Assembly (NCBI GenBank): GCA_965203275.1
Contig: OZ241865.1
Coordinates: forward strand, 960,001 to 1,024,000
Source: Bdellovibrionales bacterium
Lineage (GTDB): Bacteria > Bdellovibrionota > Bdellovibrionia > Bdellovibrionales > JAUICD01
Reading direction: 5' to 3'
DNA length: 64,000 nucleotides
Positions 25,042-35,341 of the stretch are shown one piece after another. The position numbers and the translations under genes are program-made. Within the stretch, counting starts at the first letter, position 1; each line of letters starts with the position of its first letter. Below the pieces are notes generated by a model. That model saw only the letters and a list, made by a program, of their open reading frames with translations. It made no database searches and was not told where the DNA came from.

Positions 25042-25704
25042 TTATCTTAAAAGCATCCTTGTCCCTGAATATTTAAGATGAATAATACATTCTTTTTCTA
25101 AATAATCACCCGTTTGTCTATCAAGGAGTGTATAAATAAACCGCTTTCTGTTATCTCTATCAAAATATCCCCCAGAACCCCATTCATTACTCTTACTTAC
25201 TGAAAATAACATAGCGTGATATCCAATAAGTAGAAAAGATGTAAGACCTCCAACTCCTAAAAGGACCCCTACTGTCTCTGCTCCAACAAATGCCACAAAA
25301 GGGGCAGCGATAAAAACTATGGCACCACCAGCTATAAAGGTTGTATAGATCGCATAGATAGCTTTAGGTGTATGAAAAGAAAACGGATATCCTAAATCAA
25401 ACTGACCTGCAAAATGATCTTGAATAATAGGGTTTAAATTTTCGTATATATCCTCTTCCAAGGCATTTCGTATGTTTTCTGTTATTATTAACTCTCTAAC
25501 TACTTGTCGCCGTATTTGTTCTTCTTGTATTGCTATTTCTCTTTTTTCTTCTGGAGTAATCTCACGAGGCTGAGGGAACCAAGGTACATAACCAAACTGT
25601 GCGTATGCATCTTGATATATAAAAATACTGAACATCAAAATAACTACATTGTTTATGTTTATTATTTGTTTAAAAGTTGACTTTTTATTCTTGAAATTTT
25701 TCAT
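25042..25704 (-). CDS. Hypothetical membrane protein, possibly frameshifted near its 3' end
   Basis: 220-aa ORF with signal-like and TM segments; another frame stays open past the stop. Confidence 0.6.
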   Translation of the reverse strand: MKNFKNKKSTFKQIININNVVILMFSIFIYQDAYAQFGYVPWFPQPREITPEEKREIAIQEEQIRRQVVRELIITENIRNALEEDIYENLNPIIQDHFAGQFDLGYPFSFHTPKAIYAIYTTFIAGGAIVFIAAPFVAFVGAETVGVLLGVGGLTSFLLIGYHAMLFSVSKSNEWGSGGYFDRDNRKRFIYTLLDRQTGDYLEKECIIHLKYSGTRMLLR

Positions 25705-25888
25705 TTATTTATCCTTCTTAAAATTACTCTTAAAATGACAGCCCCTACAAATCTTTGTTTTTCTAGTAATTCTGATGCAATCAATTGCATTGCTTTTTTA
25801 TTGATGTTTTTAGATTTTTTATAAACGTACTAAACGAGCCTTTAACTTTTGTCAAGGATATTTGATAAAGTTTTTTTGACTTATAAAT

Positions 25889-26066
25889 CCTGAGCTTGAT
25901 AGCCAGCAAAAATAAAGTTGTGAGATTTCAGCAGGTTATGAGCGTAATAAGATTTTGTGCCACTAGAGGAATATCCCTTCATTTTTTATGTTTATTCCCG
26001 GGTTCCGGGATCTGATGCCGGGTTGCCGGATCCCAGATCCCAGATAAACATCGTGTTAAGGAAAAA
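25889..26066 (+). repeat. Family C repeat plus heptamers and family A right end
   Basis: Direct repeat of about 24268-24430; ends in AACATCGTGTTAAGGAAAAA. Confidence 0.85.
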
Positions 26067-26241
26067 TTTCTTTCTTACACCTTTCGAGTACAATGGCTTT
26101 CACCATTGACAAAATGTATAAATAAAAAGTATTTTATAAACAAAATTAAAAATGATTGTGTTTACCAATTTTTATTAACAATAAGCATATTTTATGACAT
26201 GATACCTTAAAAACCAAAAAGTTAGAAACAGTTAGAGTGAA

Positions 26242-27390
26242 ATGCAGATGAATATAATAAAATCATTAGAAAATATGAATTGGGATTTCGTAGAAAGTAA
26301 AACAAATACTTTCACAAATACAATACACCCTTATCCTGCTAAATTCATCCCACAAATTCCTCATCATTTTATAAAAAAACTTTCAAAAAAAAAAGACATT
26401 ATTTATGAACCTTTTTTAGGAAGTGGCACAACAGCTCTTGAATCTAATATACAGGGGAGGAACGCTATTGGAAATGATATCAATCCACTAGCAGTTTTGA
26501 TTTCTAAAGTCAAAACAACTCCTATTTCTAACAAAAAGCTCTTATCCTTAAATAATTTAATGGATAAAATATATGCTCAAATTCATCTATTTTATACTGG
26601 TAAGAAACAAAATATTACAGAACCTCAGATTGTAAGGCTACATAGTTGGTTTGAAGATTTTGTAATAAATGAGCTTGTCATTATTCAAGAAGAAGTTAAG
26701 AAGATTAAAGATCAAAATCTGATTGATTTTTGTTTAGTCATTCTCTCTAGTATTATTATCAATGTTTCAAGACAAGATAGTGATACTCGATATGTCAGAG
26801 TATCTAAAAATATCAAGCCATTGGATGTTTTTCGTAAGTTTTCAAAACAACTTTATAAAATGAGAAAAATGATAACAGATTCTAATGATTTTATTAAAAA
26901 AGGTCAATCTGTTTTTAAGGTTGCTGATACAAGAAATCCTAATATCTTTTCAGAAAATATTGCTGACTTAGCCATCACATCTCCACCATATCCTAACGCC
27001 TATGATTACTACTTATACCACAAGTATCGCCTTTTTTGGCTAGGAATGGACACTTCTCAACTAAGAAAAAATGAAATTGGCTCTCATGCAGATTATTCAA
27101 AAAAGAATGGTTTAAATGAATTTCATTTTATGCAAGATATGAAAAAATGCTTTTTAAACACCAGTAAAATTCTTAAAACTAACTCTTATTTTATACTTGT
27201 TATTGGCAATTCTATTATAAAGGGCAGAAAGATTCAAAATAATAAAATTTTAAAGCAAACTGCACAAAATACACCCTTTCAATACATTACAGAATTTACA
27301 CGAAACCTCAATTTGAATAGAAAATCATTTAATCCTAAAATAGGTCGTATTAAGATAGAAAAAATTTTAATATTCAAAAATATGAAATAA
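26242..27390 (+). CDS. DNA amino-methyltransferase (probably N4-cytosine)
   Basis: HPYPAKF, EPFLGSGTT (motif I), TSPPY (motif IV). Confidence 0.9.
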   Translation: MQMNIIKSLENMNWDFVESKTNTFTNTIHPYPAKFIPQIPHHFIKKLSKKKDIIYEPFLGSGTTALESNIQGRNAIGNDINPLAVLISKVKTTPISNKKLLSLNNLMDKIYAQIHLFYTGKKQNITEPQIVRLHSWFEDFVINELVIIQEEVKKIKDQNLIDFCLVILSSIIINVSRQDSDTRYVRVSKNIKPLDVFRKFSKQLYKMRKMITDSNDFIKKGQSVFKVADTRNPNIFSENIADLAITSPPYPNAYDYYLYHKYRLFWLGMDTSQLRKNEIGSHADYSKKNGLNEFHFMQDMKKCFLNTSKILKTNSYFILVIGNSIIKGRKIQNNKILKQTAQNTPFQYITEFTRNLNLNRKSFNPKIGRIKIEKILIFKNMK

Positions 27391-27393
27391 ACT

Positions 27394-28941
27394 ATGTATA
27401 ACTATCAGGTCAATTTTTCAAAATATAAATTACGAGATTATGAAAAGAATCTCGCCATTAAAGAATTTGAAAATCAATTTCCATTTGTAACGAATAAATC
27501 AATTAATAATAAGGGCATTTCTTTTACGACACATAAAATCCTTGATGAATTTAAACTTAAAAGATTAACTTTTTATAGTGAATTTCAAAACTCTCAACTT
27601 CAGAAATCAAGTGTTTTGACAAACCAGGTCATTTTAGAAAATTATCAAAAATCTACATTACTTCCTCACTCCTCAAGAGATATTCGCTATTTAACTCATT
27701 CTTTCCATGAATATAAAGGAAGATTTTATCCTCAATTAGCTAAAGCTCTTATGAACTATGCAGGCCTTAAAAAAGGAGATGTTCTTTTAGACCCTTTTTG
27801 TGGAAGCGGAACCACATTAGTAGAAAGCCTCCTTTTTGGAGTTGACGCTATAGGTATTGATATAAATCCATTAGCATATATTCTCACCAAAACAAAAATT
27901 AAAAGTCTTATTTTAAAAGATAAAGACTTCATATTTATTCAGAGAACATTTGATAATATCCAAAATAATTATGAATGGAAAGATATAAAATTTGAAAATT
28001 ATAATAATACCTTAGATATAGAATATTTAAAAAAATGGTTTCCAGAAAACAATCTTAAGAAAATAATATTTATTCAAAATATTATTCACCAGTTACCTTA
28101 TGAAACATCACAACTTTTTTCAAAAGTTATTTTAAGTAATCTTTTAAGAGAATTTTCTTTTCAAGAACCAAAACAATTAAGAGTTAGAAGAAGAACAGAT
28201 ATACCTGCTCAAAATTTAATTGAAACTTTCCAAGAAAATCTTTTATTTCAAATTGAAAGTCTTAAAAAGTTTCAATCTCTTAATATTTTTAATTTAGATT
28301 CAAAAATTGAAGTCTACTTAAGTGATATAAGAAAACTTATGAAAGATATAAATATTAAAGAAAATTCTATTGATGCAGTGATCACCTCACCGCCTTATGG
28401 AACAGCTTTACCTTATATAGATACAGATCGACTTTCATTATTTGCCTTTGGATTAGCTAATAGAAGAAAAATAAAAAAAATAGAGGATACTCTGATAGGC
28501 CATCGTGAAATAACTAAGTCACAAAGACTCTTATTAGAAGATGAACTTAAAAAAAACTTTAGAAAGTCTATCTTACCTAGAGATATTATAAAGTTATTGA
28601 AAAAAATTTATTTACTTAATAAAAATTCAGATGTAGGCTTTAGAAGAAAAAATACAGCAGCTTTATTATATAAGTATTTTCTTGATATGCACACAGGAAT
28701 AAATCAAATTTCCAAAGTTTTAAAAAAGAATAAACTAGCTTTTTTTGTTATAGGTAGCAATAGAACTATTGCAGGTGGTGAGGCAATAAATATTCTAACA
28801 GATGATCTAATTGCTTTGATTGCTCAAGTAAATGGTTTTAAACTTATTGAAAAAATTAACATGACTGTTCAAAAGAGCTATATGATTCATTCTAAAAATT
28901 CTATTAATAAAGAATCTATTTTGGTATTACAAAAAATATGA
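27394..28941 (+). CDS. Second DNA amino-methyltransferase (probably N4-cytosine)
   Basis: HEYKGRF, DPFCGSGTT, TSPPY. Confidence 0.9.
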   Translation: MYNYQVNFSKYKLRDYEKNLAIKEFENQFPFVTNKSINNKGISFTTHKILDEFKLKRLTFYSEFQNSQLQKSSVLTNQVILENYQKSTLLPHSSRDIRYLTHSFHEYKGRFYPQLAKALMNYAGLKKGDVLLDPFCGSGTTLVESLLFGVDAIGIDINPLAYILTKTKIKSLILKDKDFIFIQRTFDNIQNNYEWKDIKFENYNNTLDIEYLKKWFPENNLKKIIFIQNIIHQLPYETSQLFSKVILSNLLREFSFQEPKQLRVRRRTDIPAQNLIETFQENLLFQIESLKKFQSLNIFNLDSKIEVYLSDIRKLMKDINIKENSIDAVITSPPYGTALPYIDTDRLSLFAFGLANRRKIKKIEDTLIGHREITKSQRLLLEDELKKNFRKSILPRDIIKLLKKIYLLNKNSDVGFRRKNTAALLYKYFLDMHTGINQISKVLKKNKLAFFVIGSNRTIAGGEAINILTDDLIALIAQVNGFKLIEKINMTVQKSYMIHSKNSINKESILVLQKI

Positions 28942-29309
28942 AAATTACACTCTTAACTCATCAAAACCATATAGGACAAGCAATTGCTGAAGCACTAAAG
29001 AGTAAAAAGTACTCTTATTTTAAAATCATTGTAGCCTATTTACGATATTCTGGTATAGGTCGTATTTACAATGAACTCAGTAAGTTTATTGAAGATGGTG
29101 GAAAAATATCTGCCATTGTAGGTATAGATCAAGGGAATACTTCCTATCAAGCATTAATAAATATGAAAACTTTTGCTAAAGATAAGCTTTTTCTTTGTCA
29201 TCATAAAAATTTCAACATCACATTTCATCCTAAAGCTTATTTATTTGGCAATAAGCATATTGAGAAAGTATTTATAGGCTCATCTAATTTGACTACAGGT
29301 GGACTTTAA
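28938..29309 (+). pseudogene. Truncated PLD-family (HxK) restriction endonuclease
   Basis: VAYLRYSG, VGID, FHPKAYLF, IGSSNLT.GGL then a stop at 123 aa; ATGA overlap with the MTase. Confidence 0.8.
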
Positions 29310-29315
29310 ATGTAA

Positions 29316-29726
29316 TTATTTGTTGAGGTTGTTGAAAAATTGAATCTCCCTAGCAGCTGCTTGAGGACTATCACTACCGTGGACGGCATTTTCTCCCACA
29401 CTATCACCATATAATTTTCTGATTGTACCAGGGTCTGCCATAGCTGGATCAGTAGCCCCCATAACTTCCCTTGCCTTAACAACAGCATTTTCCCCTGATA
29501 AAATCATTAATAAAACACGGCGAGAGGACATAAACTCTACAAGCTCTGAGAAAAACCCGCGTTCCTTATGTTCTGCATAAAATTCCTGACATTGTTCTTC
29601 GGTGAGCTGGATTAACTGCACATCAGATAACTGCAATTGGTTTTCTTCAAATTTCTGTATGATGGCTCCAATGACATTCTTCTTTATGGCATTGGGCTTA
29701 ATAATGACGAGCGTTGATTCTAACAT
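29316..29726 (-). CDS. ndk: Nucleoside diphosphate kinase
   Basis: TLVIIKP, FYAEH, GTIR, NAVHGSDS; ATG 29726 after AAGGAG. Confidence 0.97.
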   Translation of the reverse strand: MLESTLVIIKPNAIKKNVIGAIIQKFEENQLQLSDVQLIQLTEEQCQEFYAEHKERGFFSELVEFMSSRRVLLMILSGENAVVKAREVMGATDPAMADPGTIRKLYGDSVGENAVHGSDSPQAAAREIQFFNNLNK

Positions 29727-29908
29727 ATTTATTTTCTCCTTTTTATTATAGAAACCATAAAAACTATTTAAAACACATACTTTACAAAATAATAACTTTT
29801 CATTTGCTGTATAGCAACTAAAAAACACTTTTCTTTCTATAAAGATTTTCTATACGGACTTATCCAAGGCAACTGGTTAAATTTCTAAAGTTAGAAATCA
29901 TAAAATAA

Positions 29909-31606
29909 TTATTTTTTAATGTAATTATAAAAGGCCAATAAGCTTAAAAATAAAGCCATAGCAAAGCCAATACCACTAACTAGCGGCAATCCTAGAAAGC
30001 TTTGAGATGAAGGGGTATTAAAAGACAATGCCAAAGAAGAAGCTATAATCATTCCACTAATAATTAATCCAAGAAAAAATAATTTAGAAGAATTATCAAT
30101 AGTACGTCTTAAATGCTTTATTTCATTTATTTCCACAGGAAACTTATAAGTAGGTGATCCTATTTTTTTAATCCACTGTCTAGTTTGTCCTGGAGCCTCT
30201 ACTAAAAACCCAATAGTATCTTGCAAAAAGTACCTTATTTCTGTGAATTGAGCATCTATGTTATTATATTTTGATTTAATAATCTCTTCTGATGCCTCCG
30301 TAATCTCTTGTATTAAGTCAAAATCTTTAGATATTCTACGTCCCATTCCATCTATAGTCACAATAGACTTAAAAAACATCACTAACTCCACAGGCACTTT
30401 AATATGATGTTTTGCTGCCAAACCTGTCGCACTCATTAAAAGATGACCACTATTGATATGCAGACCACTAAGACCAAAATAAGGAGCAATGAGATCTCTT
30501 AATTGTCTGGCAAACTGAGTAATATGAATTTTTTCATTATAAGGAGCTAAATCCACAAATTGATAGGCTAACCTGTCGTAATCTTCATTAATAAGGGCTA
30601 TACACATACTAGCAATAGCCTGTTTGAGAGGTTTACTTAACCGACCTACCATACCAAAATCCACAAGTCCTATTTTGTTATCTGGCAAAACAAAAATATT
30701 ACCAGCATGTAAGTCTCCATGAAAAAAAGAATCAGAAAAAACCATTTTTACAAACATTTTCACACTGTTTTTTAAAAAAAGCTGTGTGTTAATTTTCTCT
30801 CGCTTAAAAGCCTGTTGATTATTTAGAGGAATACCTTTGATCTCTTCCATCACTAGAATATGCTTGCATGATAAGTCTACAAATACTTGTGGTATTTTGA
30901 GATATGGACTGTCTTGAAAGTTCTTTTGAAATCTGAGCGTATTGCCTGCTTCAAAGATAAAATTTGTCTCTAATTCCATAGCTTTAAAAAACTCATCTAC
31001 CATTTGATGAGGATTATAAACACGAGACTCAGGAATGTATCTTTCTAATAAAACAGCTAGAGTATCTAAAGCATTTAAATCATTAGCTATGGTCTCTACA
31101 ATGCCAGGTCTTCTGATCTTTACAACAACCTCTTTTTGACCTTCTTTTAAAGTCGCTCTATGTACTTGGGACATACTAGCTGAAGCAAATGGTTTTTTAT
31201 CAAAAAAACTAAAAGTGTCGTTTAATTTTCCAAAATGAACTATCAACGAATCTTCGAGGTCTTCAAAACTCACAGGTTGCACTTGGCTTTGTAATTTTTT
31301 TAATTCTTCTGCTAAGTCTGGAGGGATCAAGTCTGGACGGGTTGAAAGCATTTGTCCTAATTTAACAAAAGTTGGCCCTAGCTGTTCAAAGCTCATGCGT
31401 ATTCTTTGAGGTACAGAAAATTCTGCTAGGTCTTTGTTTTGAGCAAGCCATTTAAAAGACAATCTATCTAAAATTTGACGGCCAATACCAGCTTGTCTTA
31501 GTATATCTTGAAATCCATGTCGAGCTAGAACAAGAATAATCTCTCTGAGTCGCCTGGCACTTTTGATATTTTTTGCTAGTCTTTTGCTTTTTTCTAAAAG
31601 TCCCAT
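29909..31606 (-). CDS. ubiB: UbiB/AarF (ABC1) family kinase
   Basis: LGPTFVKLGQ, ASASMSQVH, VVVK, FFHGDLHAGN, DFG, two C-terminal TM helices. Confidence 0.9.
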   Translation of the reverse strand: MGLLEKSKRLAKNIKSARRLREIILVLARHGFQDILRQAGIGRQILDRLSFKWLAQNKDLAEFSVPQRIRMSFEQLGPTFVKLGQMLSTRPDLIPPDLAEELKKLQSQVQPVSFEDLEDSLIVHFGKLNDTFSFFDKKPFASASMSQVHRATLKEGQKEVVVKIRRPGIVETIANDLNALDTLAVLLERYIPESRVYNPHQMVDEFFKAMELETNFIFEAGNTLRFQKNFQDSPYLKIPQVFVDLSCKHILVMEEIKGIPLNNQQAFKREKINTQLFLKNSVKMFVKMVFSDSFFHGDLHAGNIFVLPDNKIGLVDFGMVGRLSKPLKQAIASMCIALINEDYDRLAYQFVDLAPYNEKIHITQFARQLRDLIAPYFGLSGLHINSGHLLMSATGLAAKHHIKVPVELVMFFKSIVTIDGMGRRISKDFDLIQEITEASEEIIKSKYNNIDAQFTEIRYFLQDTIGFLVEAPGQTRQWIKKIGSPTYKFPVEINEIKHLRRTIDNSSKLFFLGLIISGMIIASSLALSFNTPSSQSFLGLPLVSGIGFAMALFLSLLAFYNYIKK

Positions 31607-31631
31607 GTTTTTCCTTTTTTTTTGAGATTTT

Positions 31632-33155
31632 TTAGGGAAGGATAAAGCTAATTTTTCCAGACTGAATCTCTATTTTACTGATCACAACCTTGATGCTATC
31701 TCCTACGTAATAAACTTTATTACTTTTACAACTAGAAAGATACAAATAATTTTTATCAAAGGTAAAGGAGCTTTTTTTCCCTAACCTGGAAAGTTTCAAC
31801 AGACCATCCACATCACATTCTGGCAATAAAATAAAAAGACCAAAGCGAGTGATAGAAGTAATGATACCTTTGAACTCCTGTCCAAGAGCCTTCCTCATAA
31901 ACTTTGCTTTTTCAATTGTCATAATTTGCCTTTCAGCTTTGACAGAACGTTGCTCACAAGCGGATAAATGCTGACCTATAGAAGCTAAGTTTCTTTTTTT
32001 GTTTAAACGTTCAAGTCCTAGATGTTCTTTTAATTGTCTATGGATGATCAAATCGGCATATCTTCTAATAGGAGATGTGAAATGAACATAATCAGAAAAG
32101 CCTAATCCAAAATGACCTATTGTTTTAGGCATATAACAAGCTTGTTTCATAGTTCTTAAAACCATGATATTTAAAATAGGTTCATATTGGGTTGATTTAA
32201 AACGCTTCAAAATAGGGTTGATTTGTTGGTTGAAGCGAGCTTTACGGATCCTTTTACGGCAACCTAAGTGTTTTAAAAAATTATTCAAATGATCAATGTT
32301 TTCATTGTCTGGATTTTCATGCACACGATAGAGGACAGGCTTCTTGCTTTTTTTTAAAAATCGAGCAACAGCTAGGTTGGCCAAGAGCATTAATTCTTCA
32401 ATGATTTGATGAGAAAAAAGCCTTCTTTTTTGTATCACATCAATGGTATAGCCTGCATCATCCACAATAACTTGCGCTTCTGCTAGGTCTATGTTGAGTG
32501 ATTTTTTTGCTATTCTTTGAGATAAAAGGATTTGAGCTATATGACTTGCTCGAAAAACCATTTTCTTAATAGAAGTTATTGTTTCCTTGTGAAGATCTTT
32601 TTTTATAGGCAAAGACAGATGATCTAAAAGAGATTGTATTTCTTCATAAGTAGTTCTAGCTATTGTTTTAACGACGGCCTCGTAGAAATCAGATGAGATG
32701 ACCTTTCCCTTATGATCGAGCTTGATATCTACTACAAAAGCTAATCTTTCAACATGGGGATTTAAGGAGCAAATGCCATGGCTGAGTTTTTTATGTAGCA
32801 TAGGGATAACATAATTAGGAAAATAAGTACTATTGCCCCTTTGATAGGCACATTGATCAAGCAAGGTATTGGGTTTGACATAATGACTCACGTCGGCAAT
32901 AGCCATTAAAACATTGAATCCATGACGTGTTGTGTTGACATAAATGGCATCATCAAAATCCCTAGCTGTAACCCCATCAATGGTAATAAATGGCAGAGAT
33001 GTGAGGTCTTTACGTTGGAGTTTTTCTTCTGCTGTGACATGGACAGGGATGCAAGAAAGCTCTTTTTGGATATTCTTATGAAATTTATCGGGAATGCGAT
33101 GTTCATAAGCTACCCTTTTTATATCATAAAAAGGATCACCTGATGATATTTTCAC
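31632..33155 (-). CDS. rnr: RNase R/RNB-family exoribonuclease (RNB + S1 only)
   Basis: TIDG..ARDFDDA, IADVS, RGNSTYFP, HFTSPIRRYADL, C-terminal S1; GTG start. Confidence 0.88.
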   Translation of the reverse strand: MKISSGDPFYDIKRVAYEHRIPDKFHKNIQKELSCIPVHVTAEEKLQRKDLTSLPFITIDGVTARDFDDAIYVNTTRHGFNVLMAIADVSHYVKPNTLLDQCAYQRGNSTYFPNYVIPMLHKKLSHGICSLNPHVERLAFVVDIKLDHKGKVISSDFYEAVVKTIARTTYEEIQSLLDHLSLPIKKDLHKETITSIKKMVFRASHIAQILLSQRIAKKSLNIDLAEAQVIVDDAGYTIDVIQKRRLFSHQIIEELMLLANLAVARFLKKSKKPVLYRVHENPDNENIDHLNNFLKHLGCRKRIRKARFNQQINPILKRFKSTQYEPILNIMVLRTMKQACYMPKTIGHFGLGFSDYVHFTSPIRRYADLIIHRQLKEHLGLERLNKKRNLASIGQHLSACEQRSVKAERQIMTIEKAKFMRKALGQEFKGIITSITRFGLFILLPECDVDGLLKLSRLGKKSSFTFDKNYLYLSSCKSNKVYYVGDSIKVVISKIEIQSGKISFILP

Positions 33156-33279
33156 TTAAAAACTCCATTTTTGATATTTTTGATTGCATACTTTATTTGT
33201 AAATGTTAAGGGCTATCATAAACACTTGCAAGAAATATCACTTTATCAATCGTTGTATATAAATAAAAGGGATATCTTA

Positions 33280-34005
33280 ATGGAAAACTATCAACATGTA
33301 AGTCTTTCATCTAAAAACCGCTCTATTGATTTGATTGATTCTTGGAAAGACATACTCATCGAGGAGTTTGATCAAGATTATATGAAGGACTTAAAATCCT
33401 TTCTGCTGACAAGATATGCATCTGGAAGGACCATATATCCTAAAAAAAGTGAGATTTTCAATGCTCTAAATACAACTTCTTTTGAGGAGGTCAAAGTGGT
33501 TATTTTAGGGCAGGATCCTTACCATGCTCCTCAACAGGCTCATGGATTAAGCTTTTCTGTTAATAATAATGTCCCCTTGCCTCCTTCTCTGCAAAATATC
33601 TTTCAAGAGTTAAAAGGTGATCTAGGAATTGACAATGGCAGATGTGGGAACCTTTCCACCTGGGCAAGGCAAGGTGTCTTTCTACTCAATGCCACTTTAA
33701 CAGTTGAAAGAGGCTGTCCTGGCTCACACCAAAACAAAGGATGGGAAAGATTTACAGATGCGATCATTCAAAAACTAAATGAGAAAAAAGAACATTTGGT
33801 GTTTCTATTGTGGGGAAGTTATGCAACACAAAAAGGACAGTTTATCGATCGAGATAGACATTTGGTGGTCCAGTCTTCACATCCTTCACCTTTTTCTGCT
33901 CATAGAGGTTTTTTTGGATCGAAGCCTTTTTCAAAAACCAATACTTACTTAGAACAACATCAATACAAGCCCATTGACTGGCATACAAAGAATGTCATTA
34001 CATGA
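33280..34005 (+). CDS. ung: Uracil-DNA glycosylase (family 1)
   Basis: GQDPYH, HGLSFS, LLNATLTV, HPSPFS. Confidence 0.97.
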   Translation: MENYQHVSLSSKNRSIDLIDSWKDILIEEFDQDYMKDLKSFLLTRYASGRTIYPKKSEIFNALNTTSFEEVKVVILGQDPYHAPQQAHGLSFSVNNNVPLPPSLQNIFQELKGDLGIDNGRCGNLSTWARQGVFLLNATLTVERGCPGSHQNKGWERFTDAIIQKLNEKKEHLVFLLWGSYATQKGQFIDRDRHLVVQSSHPSPFSAHRGFFGSKPFSKTNTYLEQHQYKPIDWHTKNVIT

Positions 34006-34227
34006 ATGAAGTGTAGCAGATTATAAAAGCATAAATCACAAAATCATGGAGCTTATATATTTTTTTTATTTTTTTTATTAAATTGACAAATTTTAGCTTG
34101 CCTTATATATATAATTTCTAGTATCTATATATCTATGTTATATTTATGCAAAGCTTAGGGTGTGAACTTTTATGTTCATATTATGTATTATGATAAATAA
34201 ATCAACTCAAAATATTAGGAGGTTAAT

Positions 34228-34521
34228 GTGAGACATTTTAATTTTTTAAAGATGATATCTTTTCTGCCTTTATTTTTAGTTGTGTTGACTTTGGTTCTTG
34301 GTTGTACCAGAAGAGAAGAAGACGCAGCTCCAGAAGAAGTTATGGAAGAAACCACTACCACAACAGACGCTGTGATGGAAGAGGAAGCTGTTGAAATAGA
34401 AACAGCACCAGATCAGATGCCTGCTGAAGTACCTGTTGAAGAAGCTCCAGCAGATGAAAATGCACAAGATGGAGAGGGGGAAAATACAGAAGAAGCAAGT
34501 GAAGAAACCAAAGAAGAATAA
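34228..34521 (+). CDS. Small acidic low-complexity lipoprotein
   Basis: TAGGAGG RBS, lipobox VLGC, Glu-rich tail. Confidence 0.75.
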   Translation: MRHFNFLKMISFLPLFLVVLTLVLGCTRREEDAAPEEVMEETTTTTDAVMEEEAVEIETAPDQMPAEVPVEEAPADENAQDGEGENTEEASEETKEE

Positions 34522-34566
34522 ATATAGCCTATAGCCTAATAGATTGATATCTCATCTATACTTATG

Positions 34567-34606
34567 ATGCTACTTGTACATTGTACAAGTAGCATGTCGC
34601 TTTTTA
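34567..34606. terminator. Probable terminator between convergent genes
   Basis: Perfect palindrome ATGCTACTTGTACA-T-TGTACAAGTAGCAT followed by a T-rich tract. Confidence 0.6.
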
Positions 34607-35341
34607 TTATTGAAAGTAAATATGCCCAAAATCTTCTGTTGAAATTAAATTTACACTGTGTATTTTTAAAAGCTTTTGAATAAAAGGATGTGGATGTCCA
34701 TATCTTTTTCTCCTAGCACTACTAATAGCTGTGCTACCTTTTTTCATAAACTGTAAGAGTTCCTTAGATGTCCCTGTCTTAGACCCATGATGTGCTAGCA
34801 CTAAGTAGTGAGTTGTTTTGTTCAAGGGCAACTGTTTTAATAAATGAAGCCATTTTTTATCTGTCTTTTTTGAACCATCCCCTGGGATAATAACACGATA
34901 GTTTAGAAAAACACGTGACCAGTTATTACTTGTTTTGATTGAGCCTCTTGGAGAATAAACAGTTAAAGGCATAGAAGTGTTTTTTTTGCAAGGATACAAC
35001 GCAGAGAGAAATCTTTCTTTGTATATATTAGTTGGTCCGTTGGGAGGGTACAAAAGGCAAGAATATAAAACCAACCTTTTTAATTTACGGGTGAGATTAA
35101 TGTGATCCCAGTCCCAATGGGAAAAAGAAAATACATTGTACTTATCTTGACAATGCTTTTTAAACTTTTTATCGTCAAAAAACTCTCCACCTGCATCAAA
35201 ATGATAGCAAGTAAAACTATCAACATAAGACACCCATTGACCCTGCCCCACATTCCATACAATCCAGAAAGGCAAAAGGCCGTTGTTGACCTTTTGACAA
35301 AAACAAAGAATATAAAGAGTTATAAGGAAAAAATACTTCAT
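34607..35341 (-). CDS. ComEC-type metallo-beta-lactamase domain protein
   Basis: NVGQG, DAG, SHWDWDH, GD, HHGS, YGHPH. Confidence 0.85.
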   Translation of the reverse strand: MKYFFLITLYILCFCQKVNNGLLPFWIVWNVGQGQWVSYVDSFTCYHFDAGGEFFDDKKFKKHCQDKYNVFSFSHWDWDHINLTRKLKRLVLYSCLLYPPNGPTNIYKERFLSALYPCKKNTSMPLTVYSPRGSIKTSNNWSRVFLNYRVIIPGDGSKKTDKKWLHLLKQLPLNKTTHYLVLAHHGSKTGTSKELLQFMKKGSTAISSARRKRYGHPHPFIQKLLKIHSVNLISTEDFGHIYFQ

